A DNA stretch of 63,644 bases, the filler included, from Octopus bimaculoides (Eukaryota), in NCBI RefSeq assembly GCF_001194135.2. It is 4 parts of 4 records of this genome, joined end to end, with 100 filler letters (N's around TTAATTAATTAA, not from the genome) between each part and the next. Parts side by side here need not be neighbours in the genome. Positions count along the whole stretch, not along the records: positions 47,185 to 63,644 come from NC_068982.1; 3 more parts are not named here. One strand, written 5' to 3'. The notes below the pieces were generated by a model. It saw only the letters and a list, made by a program, of their open reading frames with translations, made no database searches and was not told where the DNA came from. Within the stretch, counting starts at the first letter, position 1. Each line of letters opens with the position of its first letter. Of the stretch, positions 62,617 through 63,644 are shown piece after piece. Made by a program: the position numbers and the translations under genes.

Positions 62617-63299
62617 CTGACAAGAGGAATAATCGTAATGAAAACAAGCGGAATATGTAAAACAAAACCAAAAAAAGTAGAAATATTTATAATTCTTTAC
62701 GTCTAATAAAGAAATTTGTTGTAGGTCAATAGTTCAAATGTGGAAAGATTTTTAGAATTGAATTCAAAGGTTTAGGCGTGGCTATGGGTGACGTAGGTTT
62801 TTTTTTTTTATGTGTGTGTGTATTTCGTGCATGGCCATTACCTCAATAAATCTAGCAGACTTTATATTAGTAAACCTATCGAATAATAATGAAATATTAA
62901 TTTTTTTCTAGACATTAGCGCAAGTGTACACTTAAATATATTCTTAGGTTTCTATGCATATTTATGCATGCATAGCTACTTACATGGGTACATATAAATA
63001 TGTTGGCATATAGAAATGTGTGTGTCTACATAACTGTAAGAGTGAGTAAATATACTTTCACATGAATATATATCTACACAAATACACGCGCGCACACACG
63101 CACACACCGCTCACATTCGCGGGCGCAACAATCCTATATGTAAGCGTGTGTGAAAAAAATCACAGGAACATAACGTGCTTCTCGTATGTTCTGGCAGATT
63201 CGAACTAGAATGCACATGTTTTTATTCATTGAGTTCATATATCCAAAATGAGGGAGTGAGACAGGAGCCCACAATTGGTATTTTTACTCCGTTACATAT

Positions 63300-63490
63300 A
63301 AAAGGCACCCAATACATTTTATGAAGTGTTTGGCGTTAGGAAGAGCATCCAGCCGCACAAACCAGGTCACAAACGATGATTGGAGTATTCTGCAGCTCCC
63401 CGGGTTTCCAGCGCCTTTCAAATCGTCTACCCAACACCAGCATGGAAAACGGACGATAAATGAAGATGATAATGATGATGATGATATATG
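63300..63490 (+). mobile_element. RTE-tailed SINE, degenerate
   Basis: AAAGGCACCCA..TTGGCGTTAGGAAGAGCATCCAGCC..CAGCATGGAAAACGGACGATAAATGAAGATGAT. Confidence 0.8.
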
Positions 63491-63516
63491 GCGTAGTGGT
63501 TAAGAGCACAGGGTAC

Positions 63517-63517
<1 letters not shown>

Positions 63518-63583
<66 letters not shown>

Positions 63584-63644
63584 AAGAAGAAGAAGAAGAA
63601 GAAGAAGAAGAAGAAGAAGAAGAAGAAGAAGAAGAAGAAGAAGA
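63518..63644. repeat. (AAT)n then (AAG)n microsatellite
   Basis: Direct reading of the sequence. Confidence 0.98.

Overview
AT-rich eukaryotic (animal) genomic DNA from a gapped draft scaffold. By hand count about 7 kb is N, and most gaps sit next to (TA)n tracts. The SINE repertoire, extreme microsatellite density and the N44-TTAATTAATTAA-N44 scaffold spacers suggest an Octopus genome; this is an inference from recalled repeat consensi, not a search. I cannot identify a confident host protein-coding gene, so the window reads as a large intron or intergenic region. It holds many tRNA-head SINEs and RTE-tailed SINEs, plus decayed coding fragments of mariner, DD37D (maT-like), hAT (hATm-like), Helitron, RTE, CR1/L2-group and CRE-like elements, and a Penelope-like GIY-YIG fragment. 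Several MITE-like inverted repeats are also present. Three things stand out. (1) An unrecognised repeat family carries five short hairpins whose stems are conserved or co-vary between copies, and it occurs twice as tail-out inverted (foldback) pairs, at 37.6-38.35 kb and 60.64-60.90 kb. (2) A Penelope-like 3' end is followed by a hammerhead ribozyme core, and three more hammerhead-like motifs occur in other repeats. (3) A modular SINE is built from 66-bp and 96-bp internal tandem units. A few weak minus-strand micro-exon candidates are listed at low confidence.
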